A stretch of 64,000 nucleotides of DNA, taken from assembly GCA_012295275.1 (NCBI GenBank), contig CM022672.1, forward strand, positions 21,762,001-21,826,000, read 5' to 3'. Positions within the stretch are counted from its first letter, which is position 1; each line of letters begins with the position of its first letter. Below are positions 1-14,015 of the stretch, one piece after another. Made by a program: the position numbers and the translations under genes. This DNA comes from Chrysomallon squamiferum (taxonomy: Eukaryota > Animalia > Mollusca). The notes beneath the pieces were generated by a model. It had not been told where the DNA came from, did no database searches, and saw only the letters and a program-made list of their open reading frames with translations.

Positions 1-115
1 CTGAGATATCCAGAAAAATCTCTATATATTATTAGATGAACAAAAGTTTAGCTCAGTTGTAGATTTTTCTTTAAAGCATAGGGTTAGGTAGCTGGTTTTG
101 GTACCTGTCAAAAGA

Positions 116-162
<47 letters not shown>

Positions 163-759
163 ATTTCTTTTCATTTGAACTTTAATCATTGCATGTACAA
201 GAACATGTTGATTTTTATATTTTAAGCAGTTTTTATTTAATGAATATATATTAACTGTAGATTTTGTTTTTACAAGCACAAGTTTATTTATTTATTTATT
301 TGTTCTATTTTATTTTATTTTTATTTAAATATTAGACATTGCTTTTACAAGTGTATTTATTATTTATTATATTTTATTTTATTACATTATATAATTATTA
401 TTATTATTGTTATTATATTATATATTTATTTATTTATTTATTATTAATATATTTTTATTTTTACTTTTCTATTTTTTTTTATTTTTTTTTTTATTATTTT
501 TTTTTTAATTATTATTTTTTAAAGATGGCCATCAGAATCAATACTATTTGTGGCAGTTCAGACAAACTGACAAAGTCATACAAAAGTGAAAACTTGATAG
601 AATTCAAACTATCGTGTGTTGTGCTTAACTTGTTCTCATTTGTTTTCTGGTTTGCAAAGTGTTTGCTTTGTTTGTCATTCTTGCTGAGTGCCCCAGTGGA
701 GATAACATTCACTTGCCACGTGGTAAGATTTTTGAAAATTTGTCATTCTGACAGATTTT

Positions 760-805
<46 letters not shown>

Positions 806-1286
806 TTTTGATCAGTTTATATTGCATCTGATTTCATTGGTACAGTCTAATTCATTTAAATATCAGTCATTTTATTTTTTGAATATATTTTCTTAATAAT
901 AACGTGTTTTTTTTTTTTTTTAATGTTATCAATAGTGGGAATCTTTTTTTTTTCTTTCTATTACTTAGAAATTTTGGGTGTGTGTCTATCTTGTATCAGT
1001 TTATCAGTTTATATTGTATCAGATTGTATTGATATAATCTATTTAAAAATGAGTTATTTTGTTTTTGAATGTTTTTTTTTGTGTGTATATGTATATAATG
1101 TATGTGTGTGTGCATTAAATATATATATATCTCTCTTATTCTTTTTTTTCTTTATTTAATTAGTATTATTACATCTATTATTATTATTTTTTTAAATTAG
1201 CATTATCATTATGAATTTTTTATGAATATTTTTCCTTCATTCATACATATTATTTATTTTAAATATTGACTTTCTTTGCCAAACAG

Positions 1287-2637
1287 GTGGTGAAGGAAAA
1301 GCGACAGGCCTACATTCAGCATTTTGTTAGAGTGACATCGCTGCATCTCGCAGCTGTCACAATACAGAGATGTTATCGCAAGCACTGCATCATCATGAAA
1401 GCAAAACAAAAACTGCACAATGTGATAGTTATTCAGGTAAGACATACTGGAATGTCTAAGAAATAATGATTATTAATGCAATGAACAAACATTTGAAGCT
1501 TGAAGAAAAGAAAAGAAAAGAATCTCAATCAATGTTAAAAATTAAAATATTGATCGTTGTAGTGTATATGGAATGCTTACTGCAAGTCGTCATGTTTATT
1601 ATATGCAATAATAAGAATTTAACATGTTTGGTCTGCCCTGATGAGTTTGGATAAGGAATCCTGTTTTATAATAGATGACTTTTTGAAGAGAAGATCTGTA
1701 GACATGCAAATCAGAGGAGTTGAAATGTGCAAAGCAAAAATTCTGTATAGCTTACGCAAATAAATTTAGAAATTTATAGGCTGAGGTAATTCCCTGGTAA
1801 AAAGATAATCAGTTTCAGTCTTTTTCTTCTTATTACCAAATGTTCTACCTTACTGGTTTATTCAGACACACATAATACTTAAATTTTAAATATTTACATT
1901 GGTTACACAGATCTGAAGTATGAATATTTAATAAAGAATAGGAAATAACTCCTGAGCTGACAGCTTTTATTCTGATTACTGTCATCAGATGTACAGACTA
2001 GCTTTTCAATTAACATGATTTATGTGAGTTTTTGTACATTGGTGTGTTGGATAAGGAGAATTTAGGAGGGTGGTTCACAGCATCATTAATTATTACAAAG
2101 TGTGTTAAAACAGAACAACACACTTTATTCAGAAATCTTTTAAAGACTTTCATATTTCATTAACAATAGATCACTGCTGAACATCTCTTTCTCAGTGATA
2201 TACCCCAAAGCATTTAATAATAACAATTACAAGGCAGTTCAATTTGTGTGTGTAAGATGATGACTTATGAAAGTGTGAAAGAATTTTAATTGTTAATTTG
2301 TTTTAAGTTTATGTATGCATAGGTCCTTAATTCCTTGTAGAGCATTTGATAAGCACTTAAAGCCTGAATCAGATTATCTCTTTATCTTAGATTAGCTCAC
2401 TCAGTATTTGTTTATTGTCTGACTCTATCTGTATCTCACCTATTCATTGTTCAGTTAAAAACTCAAAAATCTTTGATTTGCTTGTCTGAATGTAAAATTT
2501 CATAATGATAGGGTAGCAAACATGATTAATAAATAATATTTTTTTTTCTCTCTCTCTCTCTTTTTGTATCTTTTATTTATTTATTTATCATCGTTATCAT
2601 CATCACCATCATCATTATAATTATTATTATGATTATG

Positions 2638-2732
<95 letters not shown>

Positions 2733-4807
2733 TTTGATTATTTGATTATAGAGGTTTATCAGAGCTTCGTGTGCCAGACTGAAGTTTGTCAGACTACGTA
2801 AGAGTGTGGTGGTCATTCAGAGAAAGGTCCGAGAGTGGATGCAACGACGAGACTGTGCAGCCAGGGTCATACAGAGAAACGTCCTTCACTGGCTGAGTGT
2901 CACCAGACAGAAACACCTTCATGAGAGAGCAACAGCAATACAGGTGTGTGTTGAGATTTACACCATCAGACTGTCCCAATACTTATTTATTTCATTTTTA
3001 TTTTACTTTATTTTATTTTTATTTTTATTTATTTATTTATTATAATTATTTATTTATTTATTATAATTATTATTTTTTATTTATTATTATTGTTTATTTT
3101 GTGTGCTTGTGTATGAATGTGTTTGTGTGTAAAATTAATTTAAAAAAAATTTTTAAAATAAAATAAATGACAACAGAGTAGTTCAGTTACTACTCCACAT
3201 ACATTTGTTACAAGGTACAGAAAGATTTCTTGAATAAAGTTAAAGAAAAATAAAGTTAGGTTATTTTTGTAAACATTTGAACCAAAACAAGCCTTATGCC
3301 TGGAATGGAATGGAAATCATAGATAGATAGTCCACTGTGTTTGTTTGTCGGATCAGTGGACCCACTGAACTATTTCCAATGTAAGACAGTGCTCCACTAC
3401 TGGTGTAGCATGGCTTTGATGTGTACTATCCAGTCTGGAATAGTGAATGCATGAGATCCCATGCTTCTAAATGCAAACACTAACCAGTGAAGTGGCAGCA
3501 GCAGATTTCATCTGAGAGGTCTTTATCCATATAACTGTAAATAAAATGTGTTGAGTCCATTATTAAATTATTTCATACCTTCCTACCTGTCTTTATTCAC
3601 AAACTTGCTGCATCACTTTGTTCAGTAGATATTTCATGCATCACTTCATTTTTTTTATTTAATATCTGTTACCTTAACTTTCCAGGCTGTATGGAAAGGT
3701 TACAGTTTGAGAAAGAGGATCAAATGCAAACAGTTACAGGCTGCAAGAAAACGCATCGAGGAGGCCAACAACTCAGCCACGGAAGAGAAAAAACTAGGCA
3801 ACAGGACTACATCAGCTTTAGATTACCTTCTTAGATATCACCAGCTTTCCTACATCCTGGAGGCTCTTATACACCTAGGCAAGTTGTGTAGCTAGGTAGA
3901 AATGTAATGCATATAAATGGAGGCACACGTTGGTACATAACAGGTGGTTGGGTGTGTAGATAGGTGGTGAATGATCTGAGTAGGTGGATAGATAGAAAGA
4001 CAGATACCTAGATGGATGGATGGAATGATTGACCTGTAGGTAGATAGGCAGACAAAGAGAGTTGTGTATTAGAGATAAGCAGGATAAAAACATATGATGC
4101 TTGAAATTTTTTTTGTTTTCATCAATAGAGATGCAGGCATAGATACACAGACAAGACAGGCAGCTACATTATTTTTTTTTATCAAAAGAAAACTTGGCAT
4201 TTTATATAAATGTGTAGAACAAACACAAAAGACAGGAAACACACACACATATTAGTTATTTTTTTATTTTTATTTTTTTTTTGAGATGTTTGAAAACTAT
4301 TTTTGCATTCATTAACACACAGATAAATAGTTGGACATCTTTACATTGTCATAATGAAATCATCAATAATTAAAATACATTTAAACTCAATTTGAAATGT
4401 CTCAGTTAACTGTTTCAAAGAGAACAAGTCTTTATTCTAAATCAGAATAAGTATTAATTAGAAAAATAACATCTGGAAATTTCCAACTATTACAAATTCA
4501 GTTCTGTGGATTCTGGGTGTCCTAGGCAACATAAAACTTTGTCTGAGATATCCAGGAAGCTTGTCACTGACCAATAATTTGTTATTTGATCATTAGATGG
4601 CCTGTGAGAAAAGGTCATTACCAATACGTCATTTACATGGCCTCACAAAAGCTTTCCACGATCAGAAAGGAAAACATCCAAAAATGGACTTTCATTATTA
4701 TTTATATTTTTCCCCACCAATGTCCACCAAAATAGACATTGTTTTTTAAAAAGCTCTTATCTAGGGCTCTGACTGAAAAACAATTTATTTATTTTTATTT
4801 TTTTTAT

Positions 4808-4852
<45 letters not shown>

Positions 4853-7058
4853 TAGCATACTGTAGTTTACTGAAAAGATGTCCTATGAATTATTTATTCA
4901 ATTAAGCACTAACCTCATTTTAGTCTGTGGATATGATTAAGGACCAATCAGTCATTCCTTGTTTTATTTTTAATTTTTTGTGGGGGTGTCCCTATCTTTT
5001 TTTTAATTATTTTTTTAATTATTATTATTTTTTTTTTCCCATTTGGTAGACATATTTCTTACATATGCTCCTTTCCACAGATTTCTGTACTCTTTTATTA
5101 TAAGTTATCAATTTTATATTTTAAAATTTTAATGTTCATTGTATTTTTGTTGTTTGAGAATTAATATCAGGCAAATAAAATTAAACTGTTTTTGAGATGA
5201 TTGTAACAAAAAGGATTAAAACTCTTGCTTGCATCATTATTGTAATGAGGACATAGAGAACAACACAACAAAAATATTTTTTTTATATAGACATTTGAAA
5301 ATCAAGTATCTGTTAATAATAAACTGGGTCTTATCTCACATGGCCAAGTATTAAGCTTTAGCCAACAATAATGGAGTGACACAAACATTTTTGATTTTGA
5401 TATTTCATTACCACTTTGATCCTGGGATAAACATTCTAGATATTAAACATTAGGTGAGTTTTAGAGCACTTTTATTATAATGCCTCCTTTACTTAAAACA
5501 AAGGCAGAATTTTTCACCAACTTTATCTTATCTACTGCCAACACTTCATTATTATAATTTTTTTAGAGGTACAGGAAAATACCAGTACAAAAATAAAGGT
5601 CATGAACTAAAGAATCCAAAAATCTACATAATTCCAGTCAGCTAAAATGCTTTTTAATACCTGGTTTGATGTGACAGATCATAAATGTGTTAATAAAACA
5701 AACATTCAGTGATGTATGATAATAACTATTTTATTTGACACTACATGGGTTATTAAAGTTCAGTGCTTCTTGCACATGGAAGAAAATTTGACTTCTTTCT
5801 ATTTTCTTACCTTCTTTGAAATGAAAGATTTATTATTATTCTTTTTGTTTTACTACTAATATTATTACTGTTATTGTTTTGTTGTTGTTGTTACTGTAAC
5901 TACTGCTACCTGAAGCTATTTTGTTCATTCAGCTACTTTATTAATGTTAAACAAAACACCTTTTTTTTAACAAAGGTTTCTTACAATGGCTTTTCTCTTG
6001 TAGATGTTGCTACTCGGCTGTCACCACGATGCTGTGAGCGTTTGGTTGAAGTGAATGCTGTCCACGTCATCTACAGACTGATACAAAGCTGCAATCGCAG
6101 CTTGCCACACATGGAACTCATTAAGTATGCAGTGAACGTACTTCTGAACTTGGTCAAGGTGAATATTCTTGGATTAACACGAATTACTCAGTGATAAAAT
6201 ATAGCTTAGCTGCATGTACATCATCATATGAAATCATGAGATATATTTACTTTGAGTGATGGGATGTGTATATTCATGGTGGGTTCTGGGGTTTGTTTTG
6301 GGGTTATTTCTATATCTAAAGTTGTATTTCTTTTTTAATAATTTAGTTTAAATCTTTTTTATTTTTATTTTATTTTATTTTATTTTATTTTTTTTTTTTA
6401 TTTTTTTTTTTTTTTTTTTTTAGCTTAATTAATAAAAAAATGGTAAAAGAATTGACAACTTTCTGCAGATTTACAGATTTCTACAAATTTAATTTAATTT
6501 TTTCATTTCTGTGAAGAATATAAAAATGTGATAATATTTTTTAGGTGATTGAGGTATATTTTTGAGTTATCCGTTGGAATGTTTTTCCTTGATTAATAGT
6601 ATAATAACGTTAAACCAAATGTTCTGATTGCTATGGGAAATATAAGCAGGGTGAGAAGATAACTGACACCCAGTTGAAAATTACCATTATGATAACAATA
6701 TAGTTCACTGGAAAGTAACATGCCATTCAAACTTTAAAAAGGCAAATTGTTTTCCTCTCCATTATTATAATTTTTAGTACTAGTAGTAGTTTTTTATCTG
6801 AAGTTCATGAATAAAATTTATTTTATTTTTAGTAGGAAATATAATATATAATTATTATATATATATATATAGAAATATAATATAAATTCTCTGTGACAGG
6901 TTGTTCAAAATAAAATGAGCTTAGAATTAATTTGATGGTTGCTTTCCTTTTGTTACCATGGTACCAGTGTGTTGTGTCAGGCACTAGGAGATGACTAAAA
7001 TGTGGAGGTGGTCTCAGATTGTCACTGATTTGATTACAAGTTATTTTAGTTTATAAAT

Positions 7059-7099
<41 letters not shown>

Positions 7100-7986
7100 A
7101 AATTTTCCTTTTTTTTTTTTTTTAATATGAAATAGTTTTATAGGATATAGAGTTTTATGTTTACCCATATCTCTGTGATATAAAAACTTAAGAAAAGTGT
7201 TCTTTCATACATAGTTTAAATTTGTATATAATACTAATATAAGATACATGACTGCATATCAAAAAAATTATGTGTGTGTGTGTGTGTGTGTGTAATAATT
7301 TAAAAAGTCTTTTTTTTTAAACTGTAATACATTAAAACTTTCATAACTTAAACAAGCATACATATGCACACTAATGCAAATTGTTTTCCTTCCCATTATT
7401 ATTATTTTTAATACTAGTAGTAGTTTTTTATCTGAAGTTCATGAATAAAATTTATTTTATTTTTAGTAGGAAATATAATATATAGATTATACATATATAT
7501 ATATATATATAGACTCAGCCTTTCTCTGTGACAGGTTGTTCAAAATAAAATGAGCTTAGAATTAATTAGATGGTTGCTTTCCTTTTGTTACCATGGTACC
7601 AGCGTGTTGCGTCAGTCTCTAGGAGATGACTAAAATGTGGAGGTGGTCTCAGATTGTCACTGATTTGATTACAAGTTATTTTAGTTTATAAATTCTTTTT
7701 TTTTTTTTTTTTTTTTTTTATTTTTTTTTTTTTTTTTAATTTAAAATTTACCTTTTTTTTTAATATGAAATAGTTTTATAGGATATAGAGTTTTATGTTT
7801 ACCCATATCTCTGTGATATAAAAACTTAAGAAAAATGTTCTTTCATACATATTTTAAATTTGTATATAATACTAATATAAGATGCATGACTACATATCAA
7901 AAAAATTGTGTGTGTGTGTGTGTAATAATTTAAAAAGTCTTTTTTTGAAACTGAAATACATTAAAACTTTCATAACTTACAAAAGC

Positions 7987-8027
<41 letters not shown>

Positions 8028-9325
8028 ATCATTACAATCTTAGAAAGGCCTTATAATGTGAAAGGATATATATATATATATATAATATTTCTGTCATAAT
8101 GGAATCATTTAATCTCACCTGCTCCGATTGTATTATATCCCAATCTAGCATGTGTCTCAAATTTGGAATACCAATTGTAGGGTTTTTATATTTTATATAT
8201 ATATATATACCTTTTAATGATAGGGTGTTTGTGTGTGCATGAATATAAATGTATGTGTTAAGTTATTAAAAAACAGAACAGATAAAAAATAAAAATATGC
8301 ATGTGTGTGTGTGTGATTGTATATGTATGAAAATGACGTGTGTGTGTGTGTGTGTGTGTATTTCTAACTCTGTATGATTCTAACTGATGTTACATTGATC
8401 TCTGTTTCAGTATGAGAAGACAAGGGCTGCAGTGTATGATGTTGAAGACGCTGCAGTGGTGTTAGTGGATTTAATAGCCGTGTACCGCGACAAGGGAATC
8501 ATTTTCAACAAAGCATGCACCCTGCTAGGAGTTCTGGCTTTAGATGAAAATAACAGACAGGTAAAACAAAACATCATTAAGAAAGTTGTTAGAACACACA
8601 TTTCAGTTGTAATGGGATCATTTCATCTCACCTGCTCCCATTGTATTATATCCCAATCTAGCATGTGTCTCAAATTTGGAATACCAATTGTGGTGGGTTT
8701 TGGGGGTTTTATTTGTTTTCAAAAAAGAGTTAACATCATACCTATTTTGATGCATTTGTTTTTTTCCAGTTTGTTGACCCATGTTTTAAAAATTGTTTGA
8801 TGACCCATGTTTTAAAAATTGTTTGATGATGGATATATATTTGGTATATATATTTGGTGTATAAAATTCCAACTCTGTTAGTGTATTTGAGGATAAAGTC
8901 AACAGCTGAAGACCCTTTAAAAGATCTGTTATTTTTTTTTTTTTTTTATTGATGAGAGTAGTTTTATATTTTTTTTTTAGGACTCAAATTTGATTGTCTT
9001 CCATTTCTAAAAAAAAAATTTTGTTTGTTTTACTATTTTTGTTTAGGATATAATCAGTCGGAGCAAAGTTGTTGAAAAGATTCAGACCATCCATTTCTTG
9101 ACGATGAGAAAGCACAGCATAGAAGAGGCACAGAGAATTCGAAGGGCCAAACTGGCAGCTCAGAAAACATTCAACTCTACCCTTCCCCTGCCCACGCCCA
9201 CAAAGCACAAACAGATCAGGCCTGCCTGGGTCCTCAGACGAAACAGTTTCGAGGGAATTCAAGATCCTCTGATGGCAATTAATTTTGTTATGGACAATTT
9301 ACACCTCAAACCAAAAAGAGTCTAA
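1287..9325 (+). CDS. ASPM: Abnormal spindle-like microcephaly-associated protein, 3' exons (IQ repeats plus C-terminal Armadillo/HEAT-like domain); 5' part lies left of the window
   Basis: Exons 1287-1436, 2752-2943, 3686-3878, 6004-6158, 8411-8560 and 9047-9325 splice in frame. IQ motifs include AAVTIQRCYRKH, SVVVIQRKVR, AARVIQRNV and ATAIQAVWKGY. The C-terminal region EEKKLGNRTTSALDYLL...ILEALIHLDVATRLSPRCCE...[38 protein letters not shown] matches the ASPM C-terminus as I recall it. Stop TAA ends at 9325. Confidence 0.93.
2620..2748. repeat. (TTA)n microsatellite directly upstream of an ASPM splice acceptor
   Basis: Long imperfect TTA run ending at ...gattatag|AGG (acceptor AG ends 2751). 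Confidence 0.9.
3346..3587 (+). mobile_element. Degenerate 5'-truncated SINE-like repeat of a gastropod tRNA-SINE type
   Basis: Motifs cagtgctccactactgg...tgtgtactatccagtctgg...gatcccatgcttctaa...gaagtggcagcagc...ccatataactgtaaataaaatgtgttgagt...ccttcc resemble an abundant gastropod SINE recalled from memory; not verified by search. Confidence 0.55.
3879..6003 (+). other. GC-AG intron in ASPM
   Basis: Donor CTAG|GCAAGT. Joining to tag|ATGTTGCT gives the conserved ALIHL-D-VATRLSP in frame. Confidence 0.85.
6745..7990. repeat. Intronic tandem duplication, two copies of about 630 bp
   Basis: aaattgttttcct...gttaccatggtaccag...ctaggagatgactaaaatgtggaggtggtctcagattgtcac...ttaaaactttcataactta occurs at about 6745-7355 and again at about 7378-7985. 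Confidence 0.92.
8087..8700. repeat. About 95 bp direct repeat flanking ASPM exon 8411-8560
   Basis: atcattt(a/c)atctcacctgctcc..ttgtattatatcccaatctagcatgtgtctcaaatttggaataccaattgt occurs at about 8090-8185 and about 8602-8698. Confidence 0.88.
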
Positions 9326-9819
9326 ATGTTCGACATTCAGATAATTTATTTGAACAGTTTCTTTTCTTAACAAACACTTTATTGTTTTAATTTTAATTTC
9401 AATATTATTTTTGATTTTTTAATTTTTTTTTTTTTTTTTTTTTATAACATTATTATTAATGTTATGATTAAAATGATTAATTCTTAATGTATTTATAATT
9501 AGGGTTGCTGGAGTACTTTGGGTATTTTTTTTTTTTTTTTTAAAGTTATTTTTAAATTAATATATGTTTATTGTTTTTATGAAAAAAATATATATTTTTT
9601 GTGGGGGGGAGGGGCTGGGATTTAATAAAAAGCAAGATTAAGAAAAGAAACCCCCCAAAAAGTGCTACATGATTTGATGTCTTTCAGATATACATGCTAA
9701 TCTTCCAGAAACAGACTAGTTTCCTGAAAACATTGTATGACATGTTCTAAAACCAAACAGTGAATGATTCAACTTAATCTGTATGTGCATAGTGTTTTAT
9801 ATATAAGACTGGAATCATA

Positions 9820-10560
9820 AGGAAATAGATTTTCATGTTATTCTTTTAATATAATGTAGAAAATGTGTTTTTCAGAAGCATGCAATTAAAGTTTGAAAAG
9901 CTTCTTTATAAGCACTATGTTATACATGATCAGAATGTTTTGGAATTTTGAAATATTTTTTTAACATTTTCCAGATTGCTGTTCTATTTAATATGAAGAA
10001 GAAAATGTATAGAAGTCCATATATGTGTTTTTCATAAACAGACAATGAAAGTTTTTGACTGTCTCTATATGTGGGCTAATGTTACACATGATCAGAATCT
10101 TTATAAAATATTTTTCCATGATTTCCAGATTCAGTTTTTGCTTAATGTAATGTAGAAAGCATGGATAATTAAAATGAATGTTTTTCATAACCAGTGAAAG
10201 TCTGAAAACTTTCTCTTTGTGTTTTTGAATGGTTATGTTTGTCATGTTTTCCAGATTCCGGTTTAATTGAATTATAAAGCAGAAAACATAGACAAATCAA
10301 TACACAAATCAATAACCATATGTTGAATGTTTAAACTGCTTCTGTATGAGAACATGGTCATATATGATTGGAATATTTGGAAAATATTTACATAATCTAA
10401 AACAATTAATTTAATTAAATATATAACCACACTTTGAAAAGCTAATTGCATTTATATGTGGACAATGTTATTTTTTATTTTATTTTTTTTTTTCAATTGA
10501 GAATTGTTTGGAAACATTTTCCTGTTTCTCTCATTCCAGTTTAGAAAATGATCCTGATTT
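9820..10560. repeat. Degenerate tandem repeat array in or near the ASPM 3' UTR
   Basis: Recurring atgtta(t/c)acatgatcagaat...ttccagatt...taatgtagaaa motifs near 9917, 10079, 10235, 10352 and 10464. Confidence 0.55.
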
Positions 10561-12559
10561 TTTTCATATCAAAATACTGAACATTTTATTTTTGTGTTAT
10601 TTTATTATTAGCTGTGCAGATTCCAGTTTTGCTTAGTAGACGATATTAAACTTGTATATTTATAGATGTATTCCATAATAACATTACCAAAGTTTTAATT
10701 ACTTATTTAAAGTTATTATAAAATTATATGTAGGTAATGTCATTTGTGCTTCCAAAATAATTTTTGACATTTCTGTGAACATGCTTAAGGAGTTAGGGTT
10801 CTGTTTATGTTGTGTGTATTTGTATTTTATTTTATTATTACTTTTGTTTTGAAATTGGTTTTTGTATTCTGTCTTCTGAAACTTTCACCACTAATTTTTC
10901 TGTGTTCAGTTATTATTTTTATTTATTTTTATTCTTTTTTAACTTTTTTTTAATTTTTAATTTTGTTTAATTATTTGTTAAAGTTGACATACTTTAATTG
11001 TAAGATCAAATGAGATAAAATCATTTTGAAGACTGCCAATTTTTGGTAAATTTAATGCATAACAACTAAATAACAAGCACATGAAAATAACTATAGCATG
11101 ATGATGTTATGTTTTACTTTCATCATGATGTTATTTTTTAGAAATATCTTCACAAAAAAATAAGACCAATTTTATTACATAAAATATTTTCAGAAGTTTA
11201 CTGTACTTACTCTAACAAAGTTTTATATTTTTTTATTTTTTTATTTTATTATTAAATGACATCGCATGTTCTGACAAATGGCCAGCCTCGTTACATTAAA
11301 TGAAATTTATGTTTTATTTTATTTTTATCACAGAAAACAAATCATTTGAAAGTCTAGAACATATATTTGAGCTATGTATTCATTACTTGTGCATTTTGGT
11401 TATAAATATCCACTACTGTTCTTGTTATTGTTATTATTATTATTATAGTTATTATTATTATTATTATTATTAGTTATTATTATTATTGCTGTTACTACTG
11501 GGTTTGTCGACTGCTATCAGTGTACTTGTTGCTCTCTTTTATTATTATTATTATTATTATTATTATGAAATCAACAACATCAGTTACCTTTTCTTTTATT
11601 TTATTAATTATTGTTATTTTTTATTTTTATTTTTATTTATTTTTAGTTCTATTTTTATTTTCATCATTTTTAGTGGACCATGTTTTCATTTTCTTTTTGA
11701 AAAACTTTTTGATGCTAACTCATCAACAGTAGCAAATCTGATCATGACTGGCCACATTTTTACCTGTTATCAAAGGTTATAATCTGTGAGCACACTGACA
11801 AAACACATATATTAGACAGATTTGCATATAAATTAGCAAGACACAGGATTTCCATATTGTGTTACTTCCTGAAGAGGTGACAACAATCCCATACCATAAC
11901 AAACAATGGTTCTGCTAATCTGTGTTTGTATTTTTCACTTTGTCCCACACAGCCAGCTTATGTTTATACCTTAATAATGTAATTATTGCTTTCTTTTTTA
12001 CTTGCTGATATTTATTCACTTTATCACTTTATTTATACTGTTATACCCTTCTGATGTTTTGCATTTTGTTCTCTTCCTTTCATTCTTTCTTTTATTAGTC
12101 ATCATGCAATTTAAGAAATAACAAGTACATCCTTCTAAATAAATAAACTCTCACTCACAAACATACAACAGAGAGGGACAGAGACAGACAGACAGATAAT
12201 CATCATAACCTATACAAAGAAAGCCATTATTATGATAAACTCTAGAATGAGAGACAGATATTTTGCTGAATTCTTCCCCAAATTCAAATATGTGAATGTA
12301 AAATAATGATAAACATTAGTGGCTATAAAATGTGTGGATCTTGAAGGATCCAAGATTAAATGTATGTTACATTATTATTTTTAATTTTTGGAGGCATTGT
12401 TTTTTTTTCTTTTCTTGAATGTAGGCAAACTGATGGAAGGTTATAGTTTTACAAATATTAAAATGACTCCTATTTTATCTCAGTCTAGATATTTTATTTT
12501 AGGATCATTTCACTCATATTTTATGTAGAAGAATTTTTTTTCAAACATCAAAACCATCA

Positions 12560-12599
<40 letters not shown>

Positions 12600-14007
12600 C
12601 TCAAGTTTTAATGTTTGAATAATTATTTTAATCAAAATGTGTGTGTGCAATTTTTAATAACTGTATCTTGAATTGTTATATTTTTGTAATGATCAACTCT
12701 TTTTGCTTGAAACTTTTTATTGCTTCAGTATCATTTTCCTCATTGTAGCCATACAAGTCAGATGTATCTGTGTGGTTTATGTAATACAGCTAAAACTAAC
12801 AAATAAATACTGTTTATTGTAATATTATTCTAGTTGAGTCATTTTTGTTTGAGTATGCTTGTTGACAGGGTAACGGTTGTCATGGATGGTTGTTCACTAA
12901 CGGGGATGGTCGCAGGTTGTTTTGTTGATGTCGAAACTTTCCGACTTCTGAATTTCTGAAGATTGCACAAATTTGAGTGTACACTTTAATTTTGCCGACT
13001 ACGTATTCCTGTCTGCAAATATAAAGTATATTTTGTGTTTATGTTCCCCACAAACTCTTATCTGACCTCAAACACAGTCCAAGTTCTTGTAGACCCTTGA
13101 CTTGAACCTGAATAACATCCCACAAAGACATTACAAATTTAATATGCAAAAATCTCATTTATTCTAATTTTAAACGATGCATGTTACAAAGCCATCTGCT
13201 GAAAACAGGGAGTTTCTAAAATGATAGAATCGTAGGGTTGCCAATACCGAACCTAAATTTTGATTCTTTCCTGTTAGTAACCATTTGTTTTGAATTTAAT
13301 ATAATTAAAAGTTCCTTAATGTTTCCCTTTCTGATTCTGATGTATATAGTCTGTAAACAAATGCTGAGTCTATTTTCTTCATTTCATAAATATTTCTACC
13401 TACTCAGTTGCATATTATGGTTGGTTCCACTGTGAATGGCTAGGTCATCAGATTTGTAATGCAAAACTATGGCAACATTTCCGTTCGAACTCATCGATGT
13501 ATATATAAATAAAATCAGATTCTCAGCAAAGCATTTTCAAGCTGGTATTCAAGCAGCCTCCACTAGAATACAAAGTAAGTGATTTTTTAAATTATATTAT
13601 TAGTTACCGTTAAAACATTACTTATGTTGTATCATGTTGATTATGTATGTATGTTTTATTTTCTAGACGTAAACACATAAACATTGTTAATCAAAATTTA
13701 AGAATGAAAGATAAACTTTTAAATTGATTGCATTTTTCATATCCAAATCGGCTTATGTCCTTTTGTAAGTCTGATGATATTACTTTTTACCCCGATGGCA
13801 TGTCATGAGCAATCAAACCCCCTTCAGGTTGCATAAGCAATTCGACATGTAGCTTATCACTTGTTGAGTAGAAATGTATCCACCCAGTCTCGTATTTTAC
13901 AAAATACATGTAGTACATTTTAAATTTCTGCTGCAGCAATGAAACTGCGATAACTGCTAAACAAATCTGTAGTAAGCATCAACGCAATGTTTCTGTCAGT
14001 GTTTCTA

Positions 14008-14015
14008 TGACGTCA
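14008..14015. promoter_or_regulatory. Perfect CRE palindrome TGACGTCA upstream of HR4 (a second copy at 15471-15478)
   Basis: Exact TGACGTCA in a CpG-retaining region; function is inferred only. Confidence 0.3.

Noticed and set aside
1638-1665. CTGATGAG motif suggesting a hammerhead ribozyme (also CTGAAGAG near 11869)
   Set aside because: No stem II closed by GAAA and no matching cleavage helix could be built.
3671-3685. U12-like branch site CCTTAAC before the ASPM acceptor at 3685
   Set aside because: The matching donor (2944, GTGTGTG) is not U12-type; coincidence or at most a relic.
13440-13580. Possible non-coding 5' exon of HR4 ending at caaa|gtaagt (13574)
   Set aside because: A donor-like motif alone; cannot be supported without transcripts.
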